This document shows positions 12,800 to 25,384 of a DNA stretch of 64,000 bases, piece by piece. Numbering within the stretch: position 1 is the stretch's first letter; the number at the start of each line of letters is the position of its first letter. The DNA lies in contig NC_058130.1 in the NCBI RefSeq assembly GCF_016433145.1, forward strand, positions 679,760,621 through 679,824,620, in the 5' to 3' direction. The notes beneath the pieces are model-generated. The model ran no database searches, was not told the origin of the DNA, and saw nothing but the letters and a program-made list of their open reading frames with translations. The position numbers and the translations under genes are program-made. The stretch is from Gracilinanus agilis. Lineage: Eukaryota.

Positions 12800-13830
12800 C
12801 TTTTATGGTCACATTCTTCTCTTTTTTTCCTTAAATCTTCCATGCCAAACTCTCACCCACACTCTCAACAGAGGATCTTGCCCCTATACTTTCCTGAGAG
12901 TATTAAGGCTATTCACTTTAAGGTCCCTTAAACCTTAGAATCCTTTAATATTATATTATAGCTTCTCCTCGTTCATTCCAGTCTGCTGAAGAGGTGAACA
13001 GTCCCCTCACAAAGGCCAATCTTAAACTGGCACCCTTAATTCTATCCTCTCCCATCTTTTCTGGCAAATTGTGCCCAAAATCAGCCCCTATCTCAAATCT
13101 TCATTCTCTCAAATCTCTACTTTTTTATTGATTCCTTCCTTGATGTCTATAAAGACACTTAGCTTTCTGAAATCCTTAAAAAAAAAAAACATTTCTGGAC
13201 CCTCAAGCTATCATCTTCTACCTGATCTTTCACTCATAAAAAAAGTTGTCTACACTCAATGCATCCATTTTCTCTCTTCTCACTCACTTATCAATCCCCT
13301 GGAATCTGATTTCAACCTCATTACTCAACTGAAATTCTCTCTTTAAAGTTACCAATAATATTGGGGATGTAGACACTAAACTATAACTCTAGTCCAACTA
13401 TCAATAATATGGAATTAGGTCTTAATCAATGATCCACATAAAATCCAGTGGAATTGTGTGTCTGCTAAGGGGAGTGGGGGGGGGGGTTCGGGGAGAGGGA
13501 AAGAACATGAAACATGTAACTATGGGAAAATATTCAAAATTAAAATTAAAAAAAAAAGGTACCAATAATTTTAATTGCCAAGTGTAATGGCTTCTCCCTC
13601 TTGACCTTTCTGAACTCTATGACATTATTAACCACTCTGTCTTTCTGGTTTACCTTCCTTTCCTCAATATCCTTTCCCAGACAATCATCCTTTTGGGTGC
13701 CACCTAACTGTGGCATTTAAAGCTCTTTACAAGTTAGTTCCAACCTGCCTTTCCAGACTCATTCACATTACATCCACTAACATAATCTATGGTCTAACGA
13801 GACAGGCCTATTTGCTGTCTCAATACCTCT
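12800..13830 (+). mobile_element. L2 ORF2 fragment interrupted by an L1
   Basis: Pyrimidine-rich sense L2 sequence (caactgaaattctctct-ttaaagttaccaataat...attgccaag) continuous across the 13360-13554 insertion. Confidence 0.75.
13360..13554 (+). mobile_element. 5'-truncated opossum L1 3' end with TSD
   Basis: L1 3'UTR, G-tract, A tail; TSD aaagttaccaataat (13345-13359) / aaaggtaccaataat (13555-13569); TT|AAAG target. Confidence 0.9.
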
Positions 13831-14545
13831 TATAATTGAACTACCTCTCTTTTTGTGGTAGCAAAGAATTGGAAATTGAAGGATTGTCCATTGATTGGGA
13901 AATGATTGAACAAGTTTTGGTACATGATTGTAAAAAAATAGTAATATACCATAAGAAATAAAGAGCAGGATAATTTCAAAAAAACCTGGAAAGACTTACA
14001 TGAACTGATACAAAGTGAAGCAGACAGAACCAGAAGAACATTGTACACAGAAACTGCAACTTTCTAAACCCTTACCTTCTATCTTAGAATTGAGACCAAG
14101 TATAGGTTCTAAGGCAGAAGAGCTAGAAAGGTTAGGCATTTGGGGTTGCAACTAATAGCATTTTTAATGAATAACTGTGAATGACCTAGTTATTCTATAA
14201 TGATACAAGACAATCCCAGAGAATCGTGATGAAAAATGCCATCTGCCTCCAGAGAAAGAACTGATAAAGTCTGAACGCAGATGAAAACATACTATATTTC
14301 ACTTTCTTTTTTTTTGTTTGTTTGAGATCTCTTCCACAAAATGAATAATATGGAAAAATGTTTTACATGATTGCACATATAAAATTTATATCAAATGGCT
14401 TACCATCTCAGAAAGGGGATAAGGGTGGGAAGGAGAGAAATAATTTAGAACTCAAAACATTTTTAAATGAATGTTAACAATTGTCTTTATGTGTAATTAG
14501 GGAAAAGGAAAACATTATTTTAAAAAATAAATTTATGAAAAAAAA
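13831..14545 (+). mobile_element. Older marsupial L1 3' end containing a partial SINE (14066-14150)
   Basis: ORF2 C-terminus (gcaaagaattggaaattgaaggattgtccattgattgggaaatg...) followed by 3'UTR. Confidence 0.8.
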
Positions 14546-14799
14546 TCTGTGCTCTTTACGGAAACATATATGTCTCTTTAGATAACTTCTCCCTTTTCTA
14601 AATGGAATTCCTTATTTGTATCATTAGAATTTAATTTTTTAAAACCTTCTTCAAAAAATAGATTTAAAAAAAGTTTAAAACAAAATCAAGCTTCCTTCAA
14701 AGTCCTATGAATTGTCTCCTTTTCTGATCCTATAACTACTTGAACCTTCCCCTTCCCCCTAGTTACCTTGTGTTTACTTGATATATACTTTCTGTGAAA

Positions 14800-15000
14800 G
14801 ACAGTGGGATATAATAGAAAAAAACCTGACCTCCGGGTTCAAGTTCCTCCTCCAACACATAGTAGTTATATGATCATGGGGAAGTGACAGCCTCATAGCA
14901 CTCTAGTAAAACTATAAATTGCAGACAAAGTGTTCAACTGCTTTGGTTGACAGTTTCCCCACTTGGAAGTTCAGTGAAACCACCGCTTCCATCTTTATCC
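14800..15000 (+). mobile_element. CORE-SINE with RTE-type tail
   Basis: CORE followed by ...cagtttccccacttggaagttcagtgaaaccac tail; related copies at ~17450-17655, 22990-23155, 26575-26765, 56650-56860. Confidence 0.65.
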
Positions 15001-15879
15001 ATAATACTCTGTATGGGACACACACACATATATATCATATATTGTGTCTTATGTGTATACATGATCCTCTCCATCATCCTTATCCCATAGAATTTAAGGG
15101 CACGGATTACTTTGTTTTTAACCTTTGTATTTCCTATACCTAGCAGAGGGCTAGGCACATAGTGGATCTGTGTTCATCGATAGCCTGGCTTAAGAAGCCA
15201 TCATAGCCTTGAACTGCAGCTGGACAGTTCCCTGCCACCTTCAATCCCTCTGGGCCCTAAGAAAATGGTCATCTCTGAGCAGCAGGTGACCTGTTCTAAC
15301 TCTGCTTCTCCCTTGGATGGGATTTCCCACCTCTTTCCAGCTTTTCTGAAAGCTCAATTGCCCCCCAATACCCTTTACTTTCCAGAGAGATAAAAAACCA
15401 AACTACTTCACAATCGCTATCTCAAAAACTATCTTGAGTGAAAATAAGGATAGTGTCCCTAGTAGAACAAAAATAGGTTATTTATGGTCACTCCATGCAG
15501 CTGACCATAACTTCCCCAAATCATTTAACCTATGAATTACAGCAAATCATGTTGGCTGCAGCCCTGTACAGTGAGTAGTATGGCTGTGTGTGTGTTAGGA
15601 AGGAAACCAGAGGAGACAGCATGCTTGGCCCTTCCATCTGTGGTTTAGTTATGAATCACACCAGTTTGAAATCAACTCTTTTCAAATCTAGCCTGCATTT
15701 TCTATACACAGTTTAACTTGGGCCCAAGAGAAATAGGCACTGAGTACAATTACGTAACAGTTATTCTATTACTTTGAATGCTAATAGCATCCTTAAGGCA
15801 AAAAATCAAAATGAAAGATAGGTCTTCTCCTTCTCTTCCTCTTCCTCCTCTTCTTCCTTCTTCTCTTCCTTTAAAACAC

Positions 15880-16292
15880 AAAACCCTTACCTTCTATCTT
15901 AGAATCAATACAATGTATTGCTTCCATGACAAAAGAACAATAAGGGCTAGGCAAGGGAGGTTAAGTGACTTGCCCAGGGTCACACAACTAGGAAGCATCT
16001 GAGGCCAGATTTGAACCCAGGACCTCCTATCTCTAGGCCTGACTTTTTATATACTAAACCACCTAGCTGCCCACCTATTTAATGCATTTCAGTTTTTAAA
16101 AAACCCTTACCTTCTATCTTGGAATTAATACTAAGTATTGATTCCAAAACAGAAGGATGGTAAGAGCTAGGCAATTGAGGTTAAGTGACTTGGCCAGGGT
16201 TACACAGCTAGGAAGTATCTGGGGCCAGATTTGAACCCAGGACCTGCCATCACTAGTCCTAGTTCTTAATCCATGGAGCCACCTAGCTGCCT
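15880..16292 (-). mobile_element. Two tandem opossum-type SINEs
   Basis: Two consecutive aaacccttaccttctatctt...cacctagctgcc units (about 15880-16075 and 16098-16292). Confidence 0.9.
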
Positions 16293-16784
16293 CTCTTCCT
16301 TCTTTTTTGAACTGAACCAATGTTAGACTGATGCATTCTTAGATGACAATGAAACTACTGCTTTTTTCAGAACTTCATTCAGTCTTCCAAAACATCTGAA
16401 CCTGAGAAAGGAATCTTCCTAAAATCTATGATTGGTTTAAAAAATAGTAATAAAAGGAATTTATTGAGTAAAATCTTGAAATGGAAAACACCAGCTATTC
16501 CCAAAGGGACTCCGATTAAAGGAGTCATCACAGTACCTTTCCACAAAAGGCAACATTTTAGGGGGTTTTGTTGGCTGTCTCCTGACATCTAATATAGAAC
16601 ATTATACATTTTCTAGAGCCAAAAACTCACTAGGAACATTTGAGCATTTGGTAAAGAAAGCAATGCAACCCCCAGGAGAACTATCCTTCTAGCAGGAGAG
16701 CATCAGACCTGGACAGAGATACCTATTCCCCTTCTCCCATTTTTATCCAGAGCAAATGAGGTGGTAGAAAGAATACTAGATCTC

Positions 16785-16906
16785 CAATGATACATGTAAA
16801 ACCCAGTGGAATTGCTCGTTGGCTACAGGGGAGGGAGGAGGGGAGGGAAAAAACATGAATCATGTAACCAAGGGAAAGTATTCTTAATTAATTAATTTTT
16901 TTAAAG
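16785..16906 (+). mobile_element. Very short 5'-truncated L1 with perfect 16-bp TSD, inside a MIR
   Basis: TSD aagaatactagatctc at 16769-16784 and 16907-16922; insert is L1 3'UTR (caatgatacatgtaaaacccagtggaattg). Confidence 0.9.
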
Positions 16907-17899
16907 AAGAATACTAGATCTCATACTGAATCTTGGCTCTATGCCTTGCCACATGACTGGTCAAAAAGCATTTATTACTATGTGCCAGGCATTGTGATTT
17001 GCACTGAAGGAATGAAGAAAGGCATTTAACCTCTCAAGGATTCAGTAAAATAGGTTGGACAAGGTGGTCTCAAGGGTCCATTCTAGTGGTGTTACTATGA
17101 TCCTAAGTTGCCTTGAAGTGAAGGAAACATCTAGAGCAACATATAGTCTGAGACAGGAATGTGTCTAAGAAGTCCTGTACTTTAGGAGAGGAGGGAAAGG
17201 AATAGGAGAGGACAGATGGAATAATGATATACTGACCCTACATATATGAGAGTCACCTGTTTTTGTGAGCATCATTTGGAGGGCTACCTTTGCCTCTCCT
17301 TGGACTGCCTCCCAAAATTATGGAGTGGGGTGGAAAGTCACAAGAATAGGATCAGATTGGGAGGAAGAGAAATATGAGGAGGCAAAGAAATTCAATTTGA
17401 CTTGACAAACATTTATTAAACTTCTACTGTGTGCAAGGTGCAGAGGCAAAGTGTCATAGTATTAAACTCGGAGTCAGTAAGACCCAGGTTAAAGTCTTGC
17501 TTCTAACATATGCTGGCTCTGTGACTCCAGACAAGTCACATGTTCTCAGTACCTATAAATGACTAAGTTAGATGAATTGCCAATCTACATCTGAGAAAAG
17601 TTTCTATACCAGGAGTTTCCCTGCACCAATGAAACCAAAGGTCAAGATCCTTCCCCAAAAATATTCAAGGTACTATGGTTTTTTAAAAAAAAAAAGCTGT
17701 CCTGTTCCTTCTGTACCCATGAATATCCCCATCTTCAAAATCTATATATAGATTACAACTATAAGAGATCTCTTAGGTCCTCTTTATTTTAATGATGAGG
17801 AAATTGAGGCCAAAAGAAATGAAATCACTTACCTAGGTGCCACACAGCTACTTAATGGCAGAGTCAGAACTAAGATCCAAATTCCTGACACATAACCCA

Positions 17900-18210
17900 C
17901 TCATCACACCATGTCCCATTCAATCCAGACCAATGAAGGAACAAGCATTTTAGCACCTATGATGCATCTGGCGCTGCATAGCTAGTAGAATCAGGAAAGG
18001 CTTCCTGGGGAAGGTGGCATCTGAATTGAGTTTGGGAGGAAACAAAAGAATCCTACAGGAAAAGGGGAAGGAGGAAGTGTTTCTGGGCAAAGAGGACAGC
18101 CCATGCGAAAATCTGGAGATGGGAAATGGAATATAATGTGTGACTGGCAAAAAGTCCAATCTAGCTGAACCATAAAGTAGGGAAAGAAATATAACAAATA
18201 ACATTGTCAA
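17900..18210 (-). mobile_element. L2 3' fragment
   Basis: aagcatttt...tcaggaaaggcttcctggggaaggtggcatctgaattgag antisense L2 pattern. Confidence 0.7.
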
Positions 18211-18537
18211 GAAAATTTAGTGTATTTTTCCACAACATGAAATATAACAGTAATAAGCTCCAGAGTCCCAAAGAAAAAAATGCAATAAGGCACTGAAGAT
18301 ACAAGGTTCCTTATTACACAGAGTCATACGCTCTGGGTCAGATTATGTACCCTGAAACTGAATGACACTGCAATATGATATGTCAGGTACCAAGCCTGTT
18401 TCCACACAAAGATTATAAAAAGATTCTTCTCTTTTTCCATTTCTACAATCACAAACCCCTCATTGGTACTCAAGACAACTCTTAGAAATACTGTTTAAAA
18501 TGTTCAGCTAGTTATTTGATAAAAGGATTTTGTTTTG

Positions 18538-18755
18538 GGGCAGATATGTGGCTCGGTGGTTAGACAGAAAGGCCTAAAGACCTGTCCTGGTTTCAAATAT
18601 AGGTTTAGACAATTCCTCACCTTGCAACCCCAGGCAAGTCACTTAACCCCAATTGTCTAGCCTTTACAGCTCTTCTGCCTTCTTCTCCCTACTAAGAACT
18701 ATACTATACTAGGACTATGCTATATTAAGTATCAATTTTAAGACAGAAAGTATGG
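18538..18755 (+). mobile_element. Opossum-type SINE (diverged)
   Basis: ggggcagatatgtggctcggtgg...gtcacttaaccccaattgtctagcc...aagacagaaag. Confidence 0.8.
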
Positions 18756-19511
18756 CTCATTTGTTTTTCAAAAGATTTTTTTCATTTTTTTCCAATGGAG
18801 GTGAGGGCTGGGATTAATATAGGAAAGAGGAAAAAAATTGATAATTATAAAAAAGTAAACTTCAATTAGGTTTGAACAAACTAACCAAACATTAGAGCAA
18901 AGAGACAAAACAATGTGCCAAGATCAAACGACCTTTGCTTACAAGCAAACATTCTTTCTGAATCTAATAATAACAATAAATGGATTAATCACCATGATTT
19001 TAATTCCATACATTCAACATGGCATAGCAGAAAAAATAAGAACCTCAGTTCAAATCTGTCATTTGTTCTTCATTATGACCTTTAGGTAAGTGACCACCTC
19101 CCTAGGCAAAATGAAGGAAGGCTAGATCACCCTCTAAAGTGCCTCTTGACGTCAGAGCCTAAGTTTATGACTCAGTTCTCTTGTCTGTAGAGATGAAGGG
19201 GCAGGTGGGAACCTGACTCCTTTAATACTGAATAATCCCTTTAAATCCATCTCCAAATACTGAGGAAGAATCTCCCAAGCGTCAAGTTCCAACAAAATAT
19301 ACTTGCTTAAAAGTATATCAGATTTCATAAAATGACAATGCAGCAAATGAGAATCTTTTCCAACTCCTCACCTTCCTAAAGAGGTAAAAAAGAAAGGATG
19401 AACAGAAAGGCTTGTGGATGTTTTGAGTTGTGTACAACTTTTGTCAAGTCATAAAGATAAAAGAAGATAAACAGTCAGGAAATACCAGGATACATTTTCT
19501 ATGTACCTTAC

Positions 19512-19551
19512 CCTGTTTTCATTGCCATCCAGAGAACCTTTAAACAGAGAC
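19512..19551 (-). other. Candidate 40-nt internal exon
   Basis: Acceptor agttctgtcttttcacag|G and donor ACAGG|GTAAGG bracket a 40-nt block in non-repeat sequence. Confidence 0.3.
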
Positions 19552-20419
19552 CTGTGAAAAGACAGAACTCTCATTTGAGTATCTAAGAGCAAAGGTTCTT
19601 CCACTTGAAATAATAAACAGAGACAGGATATACTCTGTTGTGATATAAAGACTTGTAAAAGTGATCAGAAGCAAGAAGAGAAAACACTTCCACTGCCTCC
19701 TACACAATTCTTCGGACTGAAGTTAACCAGAGGAAGAATTTCTTGATCAGTCTGAGTGAAAGATAACGGAAGTGGGAAAGACAAAGGAGGAAGCCTAAAG
19801 ATCATCCTTCCTTACACAGAAGCATAGACTGAGAGCTAGGAGGGACCTTAGAGGTCTAGTCCAGTGCCCCAAGTTAACTGAGGCCCAGAGAAATAAAGTA
19901 ATTTGCCTAGGGTCATCCAAACAATGAGGGACAGAGGCAGGATTGAACCCAGATCCAGCACTCTTGCCACATTATATTACGCTGTCTCCTTCCTCAGGAG
20001 AAGATTATGGCACTGGCCTGTCTGATGATAGCAGAGTAGCTTAAGTTACATTTTTTATGTTGGAATGGGAAGGGGAAAAAGAATAGGAAAGGTATCCTTC
20101 TACACCATACTCAACCTCTCTGCTAAGTGATACCACCCATGATGACATTATTAATCCTTGCTAACTGTACACCTGAAATCCCAATTCAGAAGCCCTACAT
20201 CTAGGTGCTTTGGATCCAGCCCATGAGGGAACAGATATTCCAGCCCCACTCAAATTCAGTTTTACCTTGGATCAAACAGAAGGACCAAACGTCCACTGAG
20301 ATCCCTTGAAACACCATCATTCTAAAATGAAAGAAATTGGGAGTAGAGGTAAGATTCAAAGTCCTTGGGCCCAATCCACTGCTTTAGGTCAATAGAACTT
20401 AGAGTTTAGAAAAAGAAGA

Positions 20420-21130
20420 TCCAAATATTAAAGGTATATTAGTAAGCTTCCCCCACTGCCCAGGGGGAGTACATGCTCAGGATCTAATTAAAAATTAACT
20501 TTACTAGTATAAGATGGGGGAAAATGTGCCTAGAAAATAATTTGTATAGAAAAAAATCTGGAGGTGTTAGTGGAACTAAAAGCTTACTGAGTCAACAATG
20601 TGACATGGCAGAAGAAAAAAAGTGAATATGATTTTAGTCTGCATTAAGAAAAGCATAAAGTCCAGAATGAGGTTGGGGGGTTGGAAAATAAGCCTTCTAT
20701 TTTGCGCCTTAGTCAGATATCTGGTGTATCCAGTTCTAGAGGTATCTCATTTTAGAAAGATCATTGACGAGCTGTGATACATCAAGAAGCAGTAAAGCAA
20801 GATAGTGTGACAGGAGAAGAGATCATGCCATCTAAGGATTTATTGAAGGGAATGGGAATTTTTAGTCTGGCAACAGCAGATTTAGGGAAAATATCTTCAA
20901 GTACTTAAAGAGCTACCTAGCAGGTAAAATTAGTAGAATAGCCCCAGAGACCAAAGAAAAAGCAATGGGTAGAAGTTACAAAGAGACAGATTTATGATCA
21001 GTGTAAGGAAAAACTTTCAACAATAACCAAAAGTGGAATGGGCTGAGTTTCCTTTTACTAGAAGTTGTTAAGCAAAGGTAGAATGGCCACTTCTCAAAGG
21101 CAATGTGGAGAGGATTCTTGTTTAGTCACC
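20420..21130 (+). mobile_element. L3/CR1 ORF2 3' fragment
   Basis: Near 20552-20655 decayed KDLGVLVD..L..SQQCD.AAKKAN.ILGCI motif (aaaaatctggaggtgttagtgg...gtcaacaatgtgacatggcag...ctgcattaag). Confidence 0.85.
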
Positions 21131-23404
21131 ATTCAGCCCGAATAGTCTATGAGGTACCTCCTCAGCCATAATGGTCTCTGAGGTTCCTAGGTCATGATGG
21201 TCTCTGAGGTAGATCAACCACAATCATCTTCCCAATCCAACAATTTGGATTCTCTTAATCCCTCAGTCCTCAGAATACTTCCTGTTTTTAGTTTTATCCA
21301 GGAGAAAAAAAGCTATTTGAGAAAACAAAATTAGAAAAGAAAAAAGAAACGAAACAAAATTAGTAGGTAAATTACACCTCATATATCACTCCCAGCTTCC
21401 ACCATCCACAAAAGTTTATGAATCAGAGAGCTGACTAAAATCCTAGTTAAATAGCATTACATTAAATGGATGTGCTGGGGGTTTCATGCAAAGAGAAGAC
21501 AGAGGTTTCTGCAGCCTAAAGATTGTCTTATTACTCATGGGAAGAGGAACAAAATGGCTTTTCCTGGCTTTTATTTTGATTACATCTTTTGCAGCAGCAC
21601 TGTTTACATGTGATTTTCATCAGGTGCCCAAACAACCGGAAGCTATTTAACCAGAATCATTTTATTCATAAAAGCACTGGATGCTGAGTCTTATTCTCTC
21701 AGGGAGATGTTATCTAGTGATCACTTCAATTCACTTCTGAGGTTTTCATTACCCCCACACATTCTACATTCATATTTGCTTATGTATGTTATGTTTAAGG
21801 TTTTTGATATGATTGTTCTTGAGTGACACTTGTCAGTTCTGAAAGATTTTAATTTTTAATTGTACTTCCCAGAATCACCCAACAGTAAAACAGACAGTTT
21901 ATTTAATTGAGAAACTTTATCAAGCTTAATGGAGATTGTTCTGCAGCTGGCATTCTTCCCAAGATCATGCAGAATGTCAAAAGCTATATGGAAGGGCTCA
22001 GTTTACCTAGTATTCCATTTTAAAGAGAAGAAAAGCTAGGCTCCCAGAGTTAAAGGGAATCGGTCAAGGTCACACAGCAAATCAGTGACAGATAGTTTCT
22101 ACTGAATTCTTTTACTTAATTCTTAGTCATATTAGAATTGCAGACCAGCAAAGCAAGAAGGGGCCTTCGGTCATCTAGTCTAACCCCTCATGTTAGAGAG
22201 AAGGAGCTGAGGTCATCAAAAAGGGCAGAAAAATTTCCCCAAGATCTTATTGTGTACATATCCACAATTGCACCATCCATTTAACGCAATGCCTCTTAAC
22301 TGAGATTTTAGTCAGCTCTCTGATTCATAAACTTTTGTGGCTGGTGGAAGCTTGGGAATGGCATGTAAGGGCAATTGACCATCTAATTTTGTTTTGGTTT
22401 TTTCTTTTTTTCCCTTTTCCCTTTTTGTTCTCAAATCACTTTTTCTCTATTGGATAAAACTAGAAACTACAGCCGGGAGTAGAACCTATTCGCACCAATT
22501 CAGTGTTTTTCCCACTCATCCATGTTGTCCTCTACCATTAGTCTCTCACTCATGAATTTATCTAAACCATTCTTAAATGAATTTATGTTTCCAACCTGCC
22601 CTAATTGTGATCAGAGCATCCTCCTACTTGTGAAACAGAGTAGCCGTGTGACCGTGAACAAGCCAATTCACTTTTCCATATCCCCTAGGCGGCTCTCTAA
22701 GACTAATCATGACTAAATTGGAAACTAATTGTTGATGTGCATCCGTGATAAGGTTTCCATAGTAGTAATTTCCTACATGAATGTATTTACTAATTCAGAG
22801 CAAAAATAAGTCAATTATAGCCCTCAGAGGTCATTTAGTCTTACTTTCTGTCTGGTACCAGAATTACCTCTAGAGCCATCCTGAGATGATAGTTATTGCA
22901 GTCTCTGTTTGAATACTTCCACTGACAGGGAACTCACTTTCTCAAAAGATAACCCTTTCCTTTTTTGAAGAGCTATAATCATGGATTGAGAGAGCATGGT
23001 AGAGTAGATAGAGACCAGTTTTACTAGGCAAATCACCTAACCTCTCAATCTCAAGGCAAATTTATCAGGGTATAAATTGAAGAGGACAGGCACCGACCTT
23101 GGGAGAAGAAGTTTCTTCCTGGTAGTTTCCCACTCCAGGGAAATCCTAGATCCATACTTCTCTCAAGTATAAACCCAGAAAGTCACTTAGATTGCGCTTT
23201 CCATTATAAAAAGGATTTTAACTTGGAAATCCTTGACAAAATTTATAGAATCAGAGAGGGGCAGATTTTCATTAGGAGCAAATATTCCTAGGAAACTGGT
23301 CAGTTACCCTATCCAGGGTATGCTGTCTGGTCACCGAGACCCTGAGCCCTCTCACACAAAAGAGAAAATGTTTCAAAAAATTAAAAAACAATGAACTAGA
23401 TTGT

Positions 23405-23985
23405 AGTTTAGCTGGGTAGCATAGTGGATAGAGCCCTGAACCCGGGCTCGGGAAAACCTGAGTTTAAGTTCTGCCTCAGAGACTCAAATCCAGCTTCATA
23501 TATTTCTGTCTGGGTGACCCCCTGGACAAGTCATTTAACTTCTCTGACTCAGTTTCATAAAATGGGATTAATAATAGTACCCATTTCCCAGGGTTGCTGT
23601 GAGGATCAAAGGAGATAATGATTATAAAATGCTTAGTACAGTGCCTGACACCATGTAGGTGCTTGTTTCCCTCTTCCCCCATACAGAGGTTTGGACTTGA
23701 CCTAGTCCCATTCAGTGAGGGGAGGGAAATATGGTAATAAGCATTTATATAGTGCCTACTATGTGCCAGGCACTGTGCTAAGCACTTTTCACAAATATTA
23801 GCTTAGTGGATCATCACAAGGACCCTGTGCTTTTATTACCCCCATTTACAGATGAAGAAACTGAGTCAGATAGAGATTAAATGACTTATCTAGACTCACG
23901 CAGCTAGAAGTATATGAAGCTGGATTTAAAAGCAGATCCTTCTGACTCCAAGCCCAGGACTCTATCCACTGTGCCACTAGCTATT
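23405..23985. mobile_element. Two near-full MIR elements, tail-to-tail (+ 23405-23665, - 23730-23985)
   Basis: MIR CORE and aatagtacccatttcccagggttgctgtgaggat; second copy antisense (cccatttacagatgaagaaactgag). Confidence 0.85.
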
Positions 23986-24209
23986 CCTGGAGGGTTTCTA
24001 TGGCACATTCTTCTTTTCTATGGTGAGTACAAGAAGAAATAAACATTCAACAGATGCCAAGTAAAACACTGGCAAGAGGGGGGGTAGGAATAGGGATAAA
24101 TAGGGTGATACAAAGTTCAGACACAACAAGATCCTGACCATAGTCTAAAAGGGGATAGGACACTGGCACAGATAACTCTGCTGTGCAGCCTTGTACTAGT
24201 ACCTACAAG

Positions 24210-24550
24210 TGGGGAACTCTCAGAGTGGATGATTGCATATACTATCCATCAAGACAGAACTGTAGCCAAAACAAAAAGAATAAGCCAGCCTATCACCAGC
24301 AATGATTTGGCAAGAGAAATGGTGTCAAGAATATCATCAGCAAAATGAACCAGTCCTAAAGCATGAGCAAGGAATAACTAGGGGACAGCCACGTGTCCAC
24401 CAGCATACATACATTGTCAAGGAGCTTGGAAAAAGACACAATCCCCATATAATGCTTATGGAGGACTATGATACAAACCACATAGAATGAGAAAGAATCT
24501 AAACCACTGAAGGGAGAACCCTTATCAGTGAGATCACAGATTACATTAAA
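24210..24550 (+). mobile_element. Second RTE-clade LINE 3' fragment
   Basis: Highly decayed; ends accactgaagggagaacccttatcagtgagatcacagat, matching the tail at ~10590-10635. Confidence 0.55.
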
Positions 24551-24824
24551 TAAGTATTATCATAATCATCATTTTTATTTGGCTACCAATATAATTCCAT
24601 CCCAGTGGAGACACACTGCTTTGTGAATCTTGGAATTTTTCATGACCTAACAGTTATCTTAATTATAATTGTTGAGAATTATATCCTCTTTATGGTCTAC
24701 AAAGCACTGTTTTTAAGTTATCTCATTTGATCCTCACAATAGCCCTGCAAGAAAGCCAGGCAGATGTAATCATTCCCATTTTAGAGGTGAACAATCCGAA
24801 GCTGAGAGGATAAGCTTTTTTGTT

Positions 24825-25320
24825 TAACATTTCATTTTTCCCAAATTACATACAAAAGTAATTTTTTAACAATCTATTTTTAAATTTTGAGTTCCAAAAT
24901 GTCTCCTCCTTCCCAGCCTCCCTCCCTCCCTTTCTCCCATCCAAAATCTCCCCTCCTCCCCTGGATCTGATATAGATTTTACATGTGCCATCATGTAAAA
25001 CATTTTTCCATATTAGTCATTTTGTGAAAGAGATCTCAAGTAAAAGGGAAAAAAAGTGAAATATATTATGTTTTGATCTGTATTCAGATTCTGTCAGTTC
25101 TTCCTCTGGAGGCAGATGGCATTTTTCATCATAAGTCTCTGGCATTGTCTTAGATCGCTTAATTGCTTAGAATAATTAGGTCACTCACAGCTGTTCATCA
25201 AAAAATATTACTATTACTGTGTATGATGTTCTTCTCTCTGCTCACTTGACTTTGTATCAATTCATGCAGGTCTTTCCAAAATCATCCTCTTTGTCATTTC
25301 TTTTTAGAATCAGTATCATG
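24825..25320 (-). mobile_element. Old marsupial L1 3' fragment
   Basis: Antisense 3'UTR and ORF2 end (ctgctcacttgactttgtatcaattcatgcaggtctttcca). Confidence 0.8.
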
Positions 25321-25384
25321 TGATAGCTCTAAGGCAGAAGTTTTTTGCTATTGTTGATGTTTGGTTTTTTGTTGTTTTTTTTTA

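Noticed and set aside
15170-15275. Minus-strand acceptor followed by the protein-like frame GPEGLKVAGNCPAAVQGYDGFLSQAIDEHR
   Set aside because: No donor before the frame runs into an L2/MIR tail and stops; peptide not recognised.
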